A DNA stretch of 62,966 bases, filler included, from Corallochytrium limacisporum Hawaii (Eukaryota; Protista; Pluriformea): the NCBI GenBank assembly GCA_002811645.1. It is 5 parts of 5 records of this genome, joined end to end, with 100 filler letters (N's around TTAATTAATTAA, not from the genome) between each part and the next. Parts side by side here need not be neighbours in the genome. Positions count along the whole stretch, not along the records: positions 24,388 to 38,739 come from PDIP01000111.1; positions 38,840 to 53,564 come from PDIP01000057.1; 3 more parts are not named here. One strand, given 5' to 3'. Of this stretch, positions 33,756-43,569 are shown piece after piece. The translations under genes were made by a program, and so were the position numbers. The notes beneath the pieces were generated by a model, which was not told the DNA's origin, did not search any database, and saw only the letters and a program-made list of their open reading frames with translations. Positions within the stretch are counted from its first letter, which is position 1; every line of letters begins with the position of its first letter.

Positions 33756-34089
33756 ATGTCATTGGGAACAATTGCTTGGTTCGCCGCAGGTGGTGTTTTC
33801 ACGTCGATGTACGTGAACGGAATGCGTTACCTGCCTCTTTATGCATGTAAGTGTGTAATGTTGAATGGATAAAGGAAGTCTGGTCTTGATGTTTACTGAA
33901 TGTGATGTACTAACAATGTCAATGTTTGTGAATGTTTTACTCTCTTCCTTTACAGTCCCGGGTCGGACAGCAGTCTGCGGTGTCATTGGAACTGGGCTCG
34001 GTTTGCTCGCCCACAACTATGAAGAAGACGCAAAGGTCCGTATTGCTAAGCGCCGGGAGCGCCTACTTGAAAAGTACGGTGACCAGTAG
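33756..34089 (+). CDS. NDUFC2: Complex I accessory subunit B14.5b/NDUFC2-like, two exons (33756-33846, 33956-34089), 74 aa
   Basis: Splicing gives MSLGTIAWFAAGGVFTSMYVNGMRYLPLYAFPGRTAVCGVIGTGLGLLAHNYEEDAKVRIAKRRERLLEKYGDQ*. It has two TM segments, an N-x-x-R-x-LP motif and a charged tail, like plant/fungal B14.5b. The phase-1 intron restores the frame exactly. Confidence 0.75.
33847..33955 (+). other. Spliceosomal intron (109 nt)
   Basis: GTAAGT donor, perfect TACTAAC branch point at 33908-33914, pyrimidine tract and TACAG acceptor. Confidence 0.9.
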
Positions 34090-34642
34090 ACGGGCTGCAA
34101 AGATATCAAAAGTATTAAATATTGCGATTTCATCAGCTCATAGATCGACAAACTAGTTCAATGAAATAAATTAAAAAAAGATAACATATACAAAGAGATA
34201 TAAACTCACATCATTTCAATGTCCAGCCGATCCCCTTAGCACGAAAACTGGCCTGCACATGCAAAGTTTATTCCGTATGGCTGCCGTAGGTGATCTCTGC
34301 ATCGGACTTGTTGGGGACCCCATCTGAATGAGCCACCTGTTTCTGTGGCGGTCTCAAGGAGGGGCGGGCCCGTGCGAAACATTATTCGTGGCAAGGGGGT
34401 ACTAAAGAACACGGGCTAGCGGAGCTTTGATTCTGGCGTTCAGCATTATTTAGTGTATGCTTTCCCGTATCGTCGTTGAAGTTCGCGGAAGCCCCTTGGA
34501 CGTGTTTTGCTATTGCAATAAAGAATCGAAACCAAGTTGCGTACTTGGATCATACGTCGCTAGGTTGAGGGACATAGCCGATGTCTAGCGATAGAGCCTT
34601 GGAACATAAAGAAAGCCTATAGATAAGCAAGCCTAGCTCACA

Positions 34643-35560
34643 ATGCGTAAGCATCAAATGTCAGAAGAGGAGCGCCTTCAGATCGCGAAAGAACGGGAAG
34701 AGTGGATGAAAGAACATGAGGGTCATGAGTTGATGCATTTTGAGATCTTCTTGGTCATGCTTGGCACATTGGCTGGTGTCCAGATCGCTCTATTTCTGTG
34801 GCGGAAGTACCGGCCAAAAACTTACCAGCTGTTTACAACCTTCTGCATGTGGGCCTTTCCCATCTATTTTGCTTTCCAGCTTGAGCTTTGGCGCATGATT
34901 GAACTCTGGGGTGCGTACACGATTTTGAGTGCCTATGTCTATTATCGGGCACGGGAGAACCCCTTGCAGATGGGCACTCCGCGTCTGATATACAAATGGT
35001 TCTCCATTGCATACAAATTCACATATCTCCTGGCCATGGGGTCTTACTTCGCCTGTTTAATGGGTTTCCTCAGCAATGGAGCAATGGATGGCCCATGGTT
35101 CCAGTTTTTTGCCACCCTGCTCTTCTATGGTCTGTATTTTGGTATGCTTACTAGAGACTTTGCAGAGATAATTACGACAACCATTGCCAGTCGGCTAGGC
35201 TATGGAGGCACGGATCAGATGCCCAAGCGTGTAATGGTAGACGACAAGACCTGTGCCGTGTGTGGCCAAGAATTGGTTGGCGGTGAGGGGGAGGAAGAGC
35301 TGTTCGAACGCAAGATAACACTTGAGTGTGGTCACCGCTTCCACGAGTTTTGCATCCGTGGATGGACTGTTGTGGGCAAGAAGGAAACGTGTCCGTACTG
35401 CAAGGAGAAAGTGCAACTCAAGACCATGTTTCCGAACAACTGGGAGAAGCCAGATCTGTTCTATCTCCAAATGCTCGAGGTCCTTCGGTACTTGGTTGTG
35501 TGGCAACCCCTCATTCTGATCACTATGAATGTCATTGTCAGGTTCCTTGATCTGAAATAG
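34643..35560 (+). CDS. RNF121: RING-H2 membrane E3 ligase RNF121/RNF175
   Basis: HEGHELMHFEI, TPRLIYKWF, FYGLYFGMLTRDFAE, CAVCG..CGHRFHEFCIRGWTVVGKKETCPYCKEKV, LRYLVVWQP. Confidence 0.95.
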   Translation: MRKHQMSEEERLQIAKEREEWMKEHEGHELMHFEIFLVMLGTLAGVQIALFLWRKYRPKTYQLFTTFCMWAFPIYFAFQLELWRMIELWGAYTILSAYVYYRARENPLQMGTPRLIYKWFSIAYKFTYLLAMGSYFACLMGFLSNGAMDGPWFQFFATLLFYGLYFGMLTRDFAEIITTTIASRLGYGGTDQMPKRVMVDDKTCAVCGQELVGGEGEEELFERKITLECGHRFHEFCIRGWTVVGKKETCPYCKEKVQLKTMFPNNWEKPDLFYLQMLEVLRYLVVWQPLILITMNVIVRFLDLK

Positions 35561-35635
35561 AAAACTGTAGAATAGGATAATTACGAATGCTATTTTGTCT
35601 ATTCTTACATTGGAAGCTATGTCGTCCTCGTGACT

Positions 35636-38236
35636 TTAAGTCTTGGCTTTGGTAGCCGAGGAGGATTGACTGTTCTTTGAGGACGAAGCGGCCGCATGAG
35701 CATCACGCTTCGCATGAGCACGCATATGCTTGCGTAGGGACGAAGGATCAGTGTAGCGCTTGTCGCATCCGGGCCGCTCGCAAGGGTATGGCTTTCCACC
35801 GGTGTAGTTGCCATCCGAATCCACGTTTTCGTGTGTCTTCAGATGCTTACGAAGCGACGACGGGTCCGTGTAGGTTTTGTCGCAGCCAGATCTGTGGCAC
35901 TTGTACGGCTGTGCCTCCTGGTGCGTTCGCAGATGCTTTGTCCGATCCGACGAGTTGGAGTAGGTCTTATTACACTTCGGACATTTGTATGGGCGCTCGC
36001 CCTTATGAATTCGCATATGAGTCTTGAACGCCTCTTCCTTAGTAAATGTTTTGGGGCAGCGGTTGCATGCATACACCGTGTCACACGCGTGGCGCAGGAC
36101 ATGATTTAGCAGGCGACGATGGCTCTTGAAGACACTGTTTGCCTTGGAACATCCTTTCCACCGACAGCTGTACTTATTGTCCCTGCCTGGATGGACATGA
36201 CGCTTCTCCAAGTGGAGCGCCAAATCCACCTGAGACTTGATAATGGAGTCACATCCGGTCCATGGGCACTGGTATCCAGTGATGGTCTTTGAAGAGCTTT
36301 TCGTCTTTCGGCTCCCTGATGACGATTTACGGGCATCTTTGACGTTGTCACCCTTTTTGTCCTCTGCTTTCCTCTTCCTCTTATTGGTTGCGTCCTTGTC
36401 AGCAGGCTGTACCACTTGGTCGCTATCCCCAGTCATCATCTGAATGGATGGATCCCCAGGTGTTTGTGCACCACTCTCATTGATGCTTTCCGTCCCTGGC
36501 CTCGCCGAACTGGCTCCTGGTGCAGTGTCATTCTTATTGTTACTGTTGGTAAAGTTGTTAGATTGGAAGCCCGTGCTGGTGATCGCAGTGGTAGGCATGA
36601 CCAGACCAATGTCAGGCTGAGGCAATGGCTGCTGATTGGGTAACGCAGCATTCATGTCCGTACTGTTTATCGGCATGTACATTTTCGTTGCCATCATATT
36701 GTTGTGCGACTGGTTCGGTATGGATATTGTGGTAGTGGTGTTAGCAGTGGCCGCGTCACTATTGTCAACGGCGCCAGATGGGTTTCCTGTGATGCTGGTG
36801 TTGAAGTTCTGCGGACCAGCAATGATTCCGGCGCTCGATGTGCCCGCATTGTAGACCGCTCCTGGTATAGGGTTGAAAGCACTACTCTGATTAAACCCAG
36901 CTGTGGGTTTGCTCATGTCTGTTGTGCTAGTTGGATCTGTCAACGCTTGATTGCCACCAGCCATCTCCATGTTATTGAACTGCAATCGGCCAGTGGGATT
37001 GACTGCAACAACATTTGCACCCGCATGGGTGCTCACAAAGTTGTTCATTGTGCCTCCCATCATACCTGTGCTATTCATAATTTGATTATGTGGTTGTAGC
37101 ATGTAGAATACCAAATTGTTGTTCGCGTTCGGCCCGGCACCCGTCGAAGTGGCCATCACTGCGTTCGTTGCTTTTGCCAGATCAGTGGCTGGGGTTGCTC
37201 CGTACGTGGGCTGGGCCGTCATCATCGAGGAATCATGACTGATCAATGTGGTGGCTGGCACCAGTCCATTGTGGAGACCAGGCACGTAGTATTGCCCCAC
37301 ATTGGACATGTCAATCGCAGTACCATAGCCATAGCCTGGTAAGCCACCTGTGTAAACAGTGCTCAAGTTAGGCATCGTCGCCATGCTGTTCATGGTATTC
37401 CCGGGATTCATGGTATTCATACCAACCATACCGGTCATTGTGTTTGCCCACATTTTGTTCACGTTTGTGTTGGGTATGGTAGCGTTCCCAGCAGGCTTTA
37501 CTGTGGTACTACTTGCGTCCATCGCGTCCGTAACGGTATTCATGCCAGTCGCCGAAGCAGACGCTGACGACGTCGGCTTGTTTTCGAACTTGTCAGTACT
37601 GGTGTTGGTCTGATTGTTGCCATAATCAGGTTCCTTGCCACTCTTCGATCCCTGCTTATCCTGGTCAAGCGTAGAGGGTTCCTGGTTGTTCGCTGACGAA
37701 GTTGACGGCACAGCACTAGAATGTTGGGACGCGTCAGTAGCTGTCAATTGGTTCACACCCATGCCCGTCATGTACATATTGTTCATTGACATATTTTGGC
37801 CACCAGAAGCATCAGCAGTGCCAGTGGCTGGCATTGTGGCCACGCTGGTCATCTGATACGGCACAGAACCAATACCAAAGGTGCTGCCGTATATGCTGCC
37901 GGTAGAGTACGGATTCGCGCCTCCTGTAAAACTATTGGCCGGCCCGACGCCATAGAGTGGGTTAGCCATGTTGGCACCCACAATCTGTGTGCTCGATCCC
38001 GAAGTTGTCCCACCGGCATTGCTCTTGCTATAGTCCACGTACATGTTGTTCATTGCCATAGCATTTGCATAGGGGTTTCCAATTTTGGGGACTGCACTGT
38101 TTGTCGACAGATGAGGGGTATTGTTCATTGTGTTGTTAAGTGTAGTCATATTTGGCCCCGTCGTTCCCGTAGTAGACAAGTCGTAGACGACACCTGTGGT
38201 TTGAGCCGCCAGACCCGTCTTGCTGCTCTGTTGCAT
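35636..38236 (-). CDS. GLI/GLIS-like C2H2 zinc-finger transcription factor (six fingers) with a long N/M/T/G/S-rich low-complexity N-terminus
   Basis: Tandem CxWxxC fingers (CPWTGC, CRWKGC), HKGERPY linker, YSNSSDRTKH, and two YTDPSSLRKH fingers. First ATG is 38236. Confidence 0.88.
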   Translation of the reverse strand: MQQSSKTGLAAQTTGVVYDLSTTGTTGPNMTTLNNTMNNTPHLSTNSAVPKIGNPYANAMAMNNMYVDYSKSNAGGTTSGSSTQIVGANMANPLYGVGPANSFTGGANPYSTGSIYGSTFGIGSVPYQMTSVATMPATGTADASGGQNMSMNNMYMTGMGVNQLTATDASQHSSAVPSTSSANNQEPSTLDQDKQGSKSGKEPDYGNNQTNTSTDKFENKPTSSASASATGMNTVTDAMDASSTTVKPAGNATIPNTNVNKMWANTMTGMVGMNTMNPGNTMNSMATMPNLSTVYTGGLPGYGYGTAIDMSNVGQYYVPGLHNGLVPATTLISHDSSMMTAQPTYGATPATDLAKATNAVMATSTGAGPNANNNLVFYMLQPHNQIMNSTGMMGGTMNNFVSTHAGANVVAVNPTGRLQFNNMEMAGGNQALTDPTSTTDMSKPTAGFNQSSAFNPIPGAVYNAGTSSAGIIAGPQNFNTSITGNPSGAVDNSDAATANTTTTISIPNQSHNNMMATKMYMPINSTDMNAALPNQQPLPQPDIGLVMPTTAITSTGFQSNNFTNSNNKNDTAPGASSARPGTESINESGAQTPGDPSIQMMTGDSDQVVQPADKDATNKRKRKAEDKKGDNVKDARKSSSGSRKTKSSSKTITGYQCPWTGCDSIIKSQVDLALHLEKRHVHPGRDNKYSCRWKGCSKANSVFKSHRRLLNHVLRHACDTVYACNRCPKTFTKEEAFKTHMRIHKGERPYKCPKCNKTYSNSSDRTKHLRTHQEAQPYKCHRSGCDKTYTDPSSLRKHLKTHENVDSDGNYTGGKPYPCERPGCDKRYTDPSSLRKHMRAHAKRDAHAAASSSKNSQSSSATKAKT

Positions 38237-38671
38237 ATCTACAGCACGGTCGGACTGACCCACTACCTCAATTGAATGACCAGTTCCGGTTGATCCTGAA
38301 GACAGGTATCTACTTCGCAGTGTATAGACCCTGGACCCCAAGTCAAGGCCTACTTCTTGAAGCCCGACATGATACGTTTATCTCATTTGACTTTCTATCT
38401 ATAACGCTCTATCAGATACAGAACTGGAATTACTCGGACTCTCACGGCATGTCTCAAATACAGGACTGATCGTCAACTCCAACCGGATATTGTTCGGCAC
38501 CAATTCAGTCGTTCAAACAAGGAAATTCGGACCTAGATATTCACCTCGTACATAACAAAAGGAAACCATTCCAAAACGAACAAAAGGAAACTGAACCAAA
38601 ACGAGACGGAACGCTGGTCCCGAGGGCCACGGTCGGAACCAGTGAGGCCCTGGCCCCGTTTTCTTTCGCAC

Positions 38672-38739
38672 TACCACCCTCTGTCTGAGAATATTGTATC
38701 AAATCTACTCATTTTGATTTAGCTCTGCCGTCGCTTGGG
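38672..38739 (+). mobile_element. Terminus of a TA-flanked Tc1/mariner-like element (runs into contig end)
   Basis: TA-CCACCCTCTGTCTGAGAATATT...; 30 of the first 38 nt are identical to the terminus at 53484. Confidence 0.7.
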
Positions 38740-38839
38740 NNNNNNNNNNNNNNNNNNNNNNNNNNNNNNNNNNNNNNNNNNNNTTAATTAATTAANNNNN
38801 NNNNNNNNNNNNNNNNNNNNNNNNNNNNNNNNNNNNNNN
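38740..38839. other. Artificial contig spacer
   Basis: N44-TTAATTAATTAA-N44. Confidence 0.97.
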
Positions 38840-38845
38840 TCCCTG

Positions 38846-38877
<32 letters not shown>

Positions 38878-38926
38878 GGAGTACGACGAGTCTGGTCCCT
38901 CCATTGTCCACCGCAAGTGCTTCTAA
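38840..38926 (+). CDS. ACT: Actin, 3' terminal fragment (partial, cut by contig start)
   Basis: Translates to [28 protein letters not shown], the canonical cytoplasmic actin C-terminus. Confidence 0.97.
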
Positions 38927-39027
38927 GCGCTTCGACGGATGCACACAACGTAATAGATTCTATAATTTCAGCATCGAACAAAGAACTGGCGTTAAGTCTA
39001 ATCACGTACTGTACAGTTTCTATAAAT

Positions 39028-39984
39028 TTATGTATGATGGCTGAGTCTGCATACGAAGACGTAGTCCGGAAGGATGTACACCGGTGTGGTTGTATCACCC
39101 CTGCACATGTACGGCGCGGTCGCCATCTTGATGGTCGAGAGCCCGATGGTGGCCATGTAGGCGATAAATCTGCTAGCGTCTTCTACTGCTGAGAGACCCG
39201 GGAGATCGAGGAGATCACAGTCACAGGAGGCGCCACCTTTGCATTCAACATAGGGCTTGTAAGGAAGCACCAGTGCGATGAGCAACGTAGAGTTCGAGTG
39301 CATGCGCTTAGAGGCCTCCGCGAGCTGCTGCTTTGGATTGCTGCACCGGTCCAACAAGTTCCACATCAGGATGGTATCGTACATCTTGTCCTGCAACTCT
39401 GGTACCGTCCAGAACGAAGGAGTGAGATGTGCCTGATAGCCTTGCTCGTAAATTAAACGCCAGACCATAATTTGGCTCATCTCTGTACAATAGCTCTGAC
39501 GGTGTTTTCTCGCAATCGGAAGACTTGCGCTGCCGTCTCCAGCACCAATGTCGAGGAGTAGATCTCTCTGTCCCATCTGAACTCCAGATGCTTGGCAGAT
39601 GTTCTCATACTGTGATTCGCTGAGTACTTTCATCTGGCCCCGGAAGAGCAAACCATTGCTCGTCGTTTGGGTGAACATGCTGCGTAGCAGTCGGGCACCC
39701 ACATTGTGATAAATCTGTAGGAACCAGTTGTTGGAAGCTTGTTCGCTGTCCTGAACAAAGGCAACGATTTCCTGATCAATTTCAAGCTGATGCCACAGGC
39801 TCGTCAGCATCTTTGGGAGCCTTTTCCGGTACGCATCTGTCCCATAGTATTGTCCGACTTCCTTACAAATTTGGTCCTCGGACAACCCAAAGGGAAGCTT
39901 GTGAACCGGCATTCTTGTCCTGCTGCAATGATCCTTGCATTCCTCTCCAGCATCTGTCAGGAGCTCCGGCCCATGAACTGACAT
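39028..39984 (-). CDS. METTL9: Protein-histidine N1-methyltransferase METTL9 (DREV family)
   Basis: TTSNGLLFRGQMKVLS, LLDIGAGDG, TEMS..M, NLLDRC, LVLPYKPYVE, PYMCRGD..YILPDYVFV. Confidence 0.92.
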   Translation of the reverse strand: MSVHGPELLTDAGEECKDHCSRTRMPVHKLPFGLSEDQICKEVGQYYGTDAYRKRLPKMLTSLWHQLEIDQEIVAFVQDSEQASNNWFLQIYHNVGARLLRSMFTQTTSNGLLFRGQMKVLSESQYENICQASGVQMGQRDLLLDIGAGDGSASLPIARKHRQSYCTEMSQIMVWRLIYEQGYQAHLTPSFWTVPELQDKMYDTILMWNLLDRCSNPKQQLAEASKRMHSNSTLLIALVLPYKPYVECKGGASCDCDLLDLPGLSAVEDASRFIAYMATIGLSTIKMATAPYMCRGDTTTPVYILPDYVFVCRLSHHT

Positions 39985-40430
39985 TCAACTCTACTTCAAC
40001 CTGTCTTGCTACGTCAATAACGTTCAAAACACCTTTGTAGAATCCATGTCCCAATTCTGTTGATATCACCGGCGCCGCCCGGTACTCCGAGGCTGCAACA
40101 ACCACTCGGACCCTCCTGCCGCTACCGCCCCTCAGTCGGGTATATCGGTACCACAGCAGAAATTCCCCACCGCCAAACCCACCTCACACATTCCCCGCGT
40201 GTAGAGTGGCACGCAAGACAAGGAGAGGAGTTAGGTGTGTGTGCAGTGCATATGATCACCCCCCTCGTTTTCTATGTTTTCCGCTATGAGTTAAGTTTGT
40301 GGTATGTAAGTGTTTATACAATGAATAGTTTAGGAACATGGTGCTATTGTCCTTGCCACTTAGTGTGGTACAACATTGACTTGTTGTGTGTCTTTGCGAG
40401 AACTAGGATGGTCGACTTTTTTTAGGAGTC

Positions 40431-41573
40431 ATGACCTTGCGGTGGATGCACGCTGTACCCACCCTATTGGTGGCGTACTGTATAGTTTTCGGAGAAACTT
40501 GCAGTGGTGTGAAGTTGCGATTCAAGAAGAATGGAACTTTTAAAATTGCCCAGTTCACCGATCTCCAGTACGGAGAAATTGCGTTCCCGGCGCAGGACTC
40601 AGATAGTGACCGCATGCAAAGGGTGATCCTGGAGGAAGAGGACGATGTTGACTTAGTAGTCCTGACTGGTGATGTGGTAAGTGCAAACTATCTTGACCGT
40701 GTACCTGAGGGAGACCCTCTCCGGGACCTTTTTTTCCAGCAAGCGTACACTAACGCTACAAGGGTCATCCGCGACAAGGAGATCACGTACGCACTCGTCC
40801 TAGGCGACAAAGATGACCAGGGGAACCTCGACCGAGAGCAAATTGTCACCTTTGATAAGGAAATAGGACAAGATTTAGCCCTGGCAGAAGGTCGTATGAA
40901 TTACCAACTATCTGTATTGGATGCAGAAACGGAGGAACCCATTGCCTACCTTTGGATGTTCGACTCAGGCAACAAGGACTGCGAGGGTGCTGATGGATGG
41001 GGTTGTATCTCACCTGAGGATGTCCTGTGGTTCCGTCGCAGGGGCTCTCACCTAAAGTGTCATCGTCTGCAGAGACCTGGACTGATGTTTATGCACATAC
41101 CGCCCCAAGAAACTCTTCAAGCCCTTACGAACTTGCCCATTTACGGAAATAGCAACCGGAAAGGTGATGTCTGCTGTCAGTATCTTAACACTGGAATCTT
41201 TGCCGCTGCCGTTGAGGATGGCAGTGTCCTGTCCATACACTACGGTCATGATCACAGTAATGACTTTGCGGTAGACATGGATGGAATATGGTTAATGTAC
41301 GGCCGAAGGACCGGTCACGGGGGCCATGAGTCTGACAAGCAAATAGTCCGCGGTGCGCGCATTCTACAACTGACACTCGAATCTCACAACGATGCACAAG
41401 CCGGTGAGATGCCAAAGGTTAATCTTGAAACATGGATCCGTACCGAGAATGGTGAGAAATTGAATCCCATGCTGGATGAGCCGACGTGCAACGATGGCGG
41501 TGACGAGGAATCGGCACACGCTTGTGTTGCTAGCCCGGTATGCTGTATGCCGACTCAGAAGAGTATGAACTGA
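40431..41573 (+). CDS. Secreted calcineurin-like metallophosphoesterase, DCR2/PAP29 type, with degenerate catalytic motifs
   Basis: Signal peptide, LRFKKNGTFKIAQFTDL, LVVLTGD, LWMFDSG, FMHIP, GHDHSNDF, RGARI. GNHD is replaced by GDKD and DLH by DLQ. Confidence 0.88.
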   Translation: MTLRWMHAVPTLLVAYCIVFGETCSGVKLRFKKNGTFKIAQFTDLQYGEIAFPAQDSDSDRMQRVILEEEDDVDLVVLTGDVVSANYLDRVPEGDPLRDLFFQQAYTNATRVIRDKEITYALVLGDKDDQGNLDREQIVTFDKEIGQDLALAEGRMNYQLSVLDAETEEPIAYLWMFDSGNKDCEGADGWGCISPEDVLWFRRRGSHLKCHRLQRPGLMFMHIPPQETLQALTNLPIYGNSNRKGDVCCQYLNTGIFAAAVEDGSVLSIHYGHDHSNDFAVDMDGIWLMYGRRTGHGGHESDKQIVRGARILQLTLESHNDAQAGEMPKVNLETWIRTENGEKLNPMLDEPTCNDGGDEESAHACVASPVCCMPTQKSMN

Positions 41574-41848
41574 ATGGTAAGTGATCATCTTTTTTTTACT
41601 GATATTCTCCGAAACTGTGCTTATTGAGTGGTGTCCCTAGTGATGGAAGTTCTACATGACCTGAGCAACATCGCCGTTGCATTTGATCGACACATTTTTT
41701 ATGAAGGGACCTTAATTTTCGCCTGTTTCCTTGGAGGACTTCTAACATACTCTCATCTCTTGACTCTCAGAACATGGATCACTAACTGTTATGTAACACA
41801 CCATTCTTTACTTAATGCTTTCTACAGAAATTGAAAATTGAATCTGAA

Positions 41849-42846
41849 TCAGATAACACTCCATAGACGCTCTTGTGAAACAGTACTGGCCATGGAGCCG
41901 CGCATTAAAGCGTCTGAGTCCTTCAGAAAAGCATTTGCGGGCAAGGCGCCTTTGGACCCGCGATCCTTGCGTCGTCGCATCTTCCGCTTCCTTTTTGATA
42001 CATCAGTCACCGGAAGATGCTCGCTGAATACATTGTCATGGCCACTAGTTATGTTCTTAAAGTACCCGTCCTTGTTTGCCGCTTCACTGATTTCGGACGT
42101 GATGTGGATCTGTAGTAGAAAAGGTAAAACAAAGTTGTCGCATGAATCCTCACGTTAGAGTCTGTGCTTGCCATCAAGATCAGTTCTTTTTTTTTTTCCT
42201 CAAAACTTACCTCTAGTGCTTCCTGAAGCAACACTGTGGCCTCTGGATCGACGTCTTTGAGACCATGGTCTCCTGCTGTGTAAAACATCCGATTATGCAA
42301 TGCCCAGAAGCTTGGAAGGGCCCATAGATCGAGGCACGTCATCGGTTCCGGGGCCTGCACTCCGTCCATGCCTGACCGTAACCCTCCTACTGTTCCACTG
42401 TGGCGTTCAGCTTGAATATCAATGGCCAACAGTCCGCGCTCATCGTCGCTCAACAACAATGCAGCTGCGGCATCGGCCTCTGGGTGGTTTTCTATCACAC
42501 CAGTATCCACCATGCGGAGGATCTCTTCCCTGGCTTTCTCAAGTGGTGAGAGTTTCTGCAACAGTGAAGCCACCTGCACAACCTTGAGCAGTGACTCTTC
42601 TTCTACTGCTTGCTGACTCAGATACAACAGTCCCATTATAAAGTCATTGTGTAGTTTCTTCGCATCGTCGTCCAGGAGGGTGGACACCATGTTCTGGAAG
42701 TCATTCTTATTGATCACACCCGTCGCAAACTTGCGGAAAGCATTCCAATAAAATTCGCTGCGTGGGCCCAAGCTTTCAGCTAGAGCCGTCTGACCGGCCT
42801 GAATCTTAGCTTTGAGCCTCTGATAGTCTGCGGAGCTGCCTGCCAT
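41849..42846 (-). CDS. TADA1: SAGA complex subunit TADA1/Hfi1-like, two exons (42846-42211, 42109-41849)
   Basis: LG..SEFYWNAFRKF..INKNDF..KLHNDFIMGLL and TC..LP..RM..GL..V..A..LLQEALE. A phase-0 splice continues IHITSEISEAA...ERLWSVI*. Confidence 0.8.
42110..42210 (-). other. Spliceosomal intron (101 nt)
   Basis: On the minus strand: GTAAGT donor, CTCTAAC branch site, pyrimidine-rich tract and TACAG acceptor. Splicing opens an 87-codon second exon. Confidence 0.85.
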
Positions 42847-43569
42847 GTCAAATTGTTATGTTCGGCAGTCTGTGATCTATGAAGCGCATTAGTGTATTTG
42901 TTACATTTGGTACCGAATTCCATATTCCAAGGCCATGTCACTGTTCTACATTGGCACTGCTTTGTACCCTCATTCGAGGCGCTTTCCAACTTTAGGTAGT
43001 CTTGAAGTAGCCGACACTGTGGCCGAGATTGAGGTTCTTACTTCATTGAGGCTGTGTGACACCCCTTTGTGAAAGGGGGAATTACCCCGCAAACCCCGCG
43101 GAGCACTGAAGTATAATCTAATCGAGCACTTTATTGATTATTAAAGTACTATTGATCCATTTCACCCTGAGGCAACACTGTACACCCCCACAGCCGGGGC
43201 CTGTGTAGAGGAGGATACGGACTAACTGAGCCAATGGGTAAATCGGCGGGAGGGGGTTCTGGCGACTAGTGAAAATACACAAAACAAATTCCTCAGATGT
43301 TTGAGAAATGAACATTGCAACAGCTTGCGGCAACTCCATAACTGGTGGGTTTCGGTGGAGCAATATAACTGTAACCTCCCTGGATCCTTTCTCAATGAAT
43401 CATGGTCGAGGTACATAGGGATCTGAGTCAGCCGGTCGCATATCGACAGTCATGAGTTGCTTAAAGGACTTTTGGAAACAGCATCCTCCATTGGGCAGTA
43501 TCTGTCACACGTGTAACTTAGCATGACAGTGAGGTGTGTGGATCTTCAAGACAGAATATACAATTCACC

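Noticed and set aside
38840-39984. Functional link between actin and the adjacent histidine methyltransferase
   Set aside because: Actin His73 is methylated by SETD3, not METTL9; adjacency is likely coincidental.
29097-41640. Possible UTR introns (29097-29237, 40306-40425, 41577-41640)
   Set aside because: Donor and acceptor motifs exist but branch points are weak and there is no reading-frame test; unsupported without RNA data.
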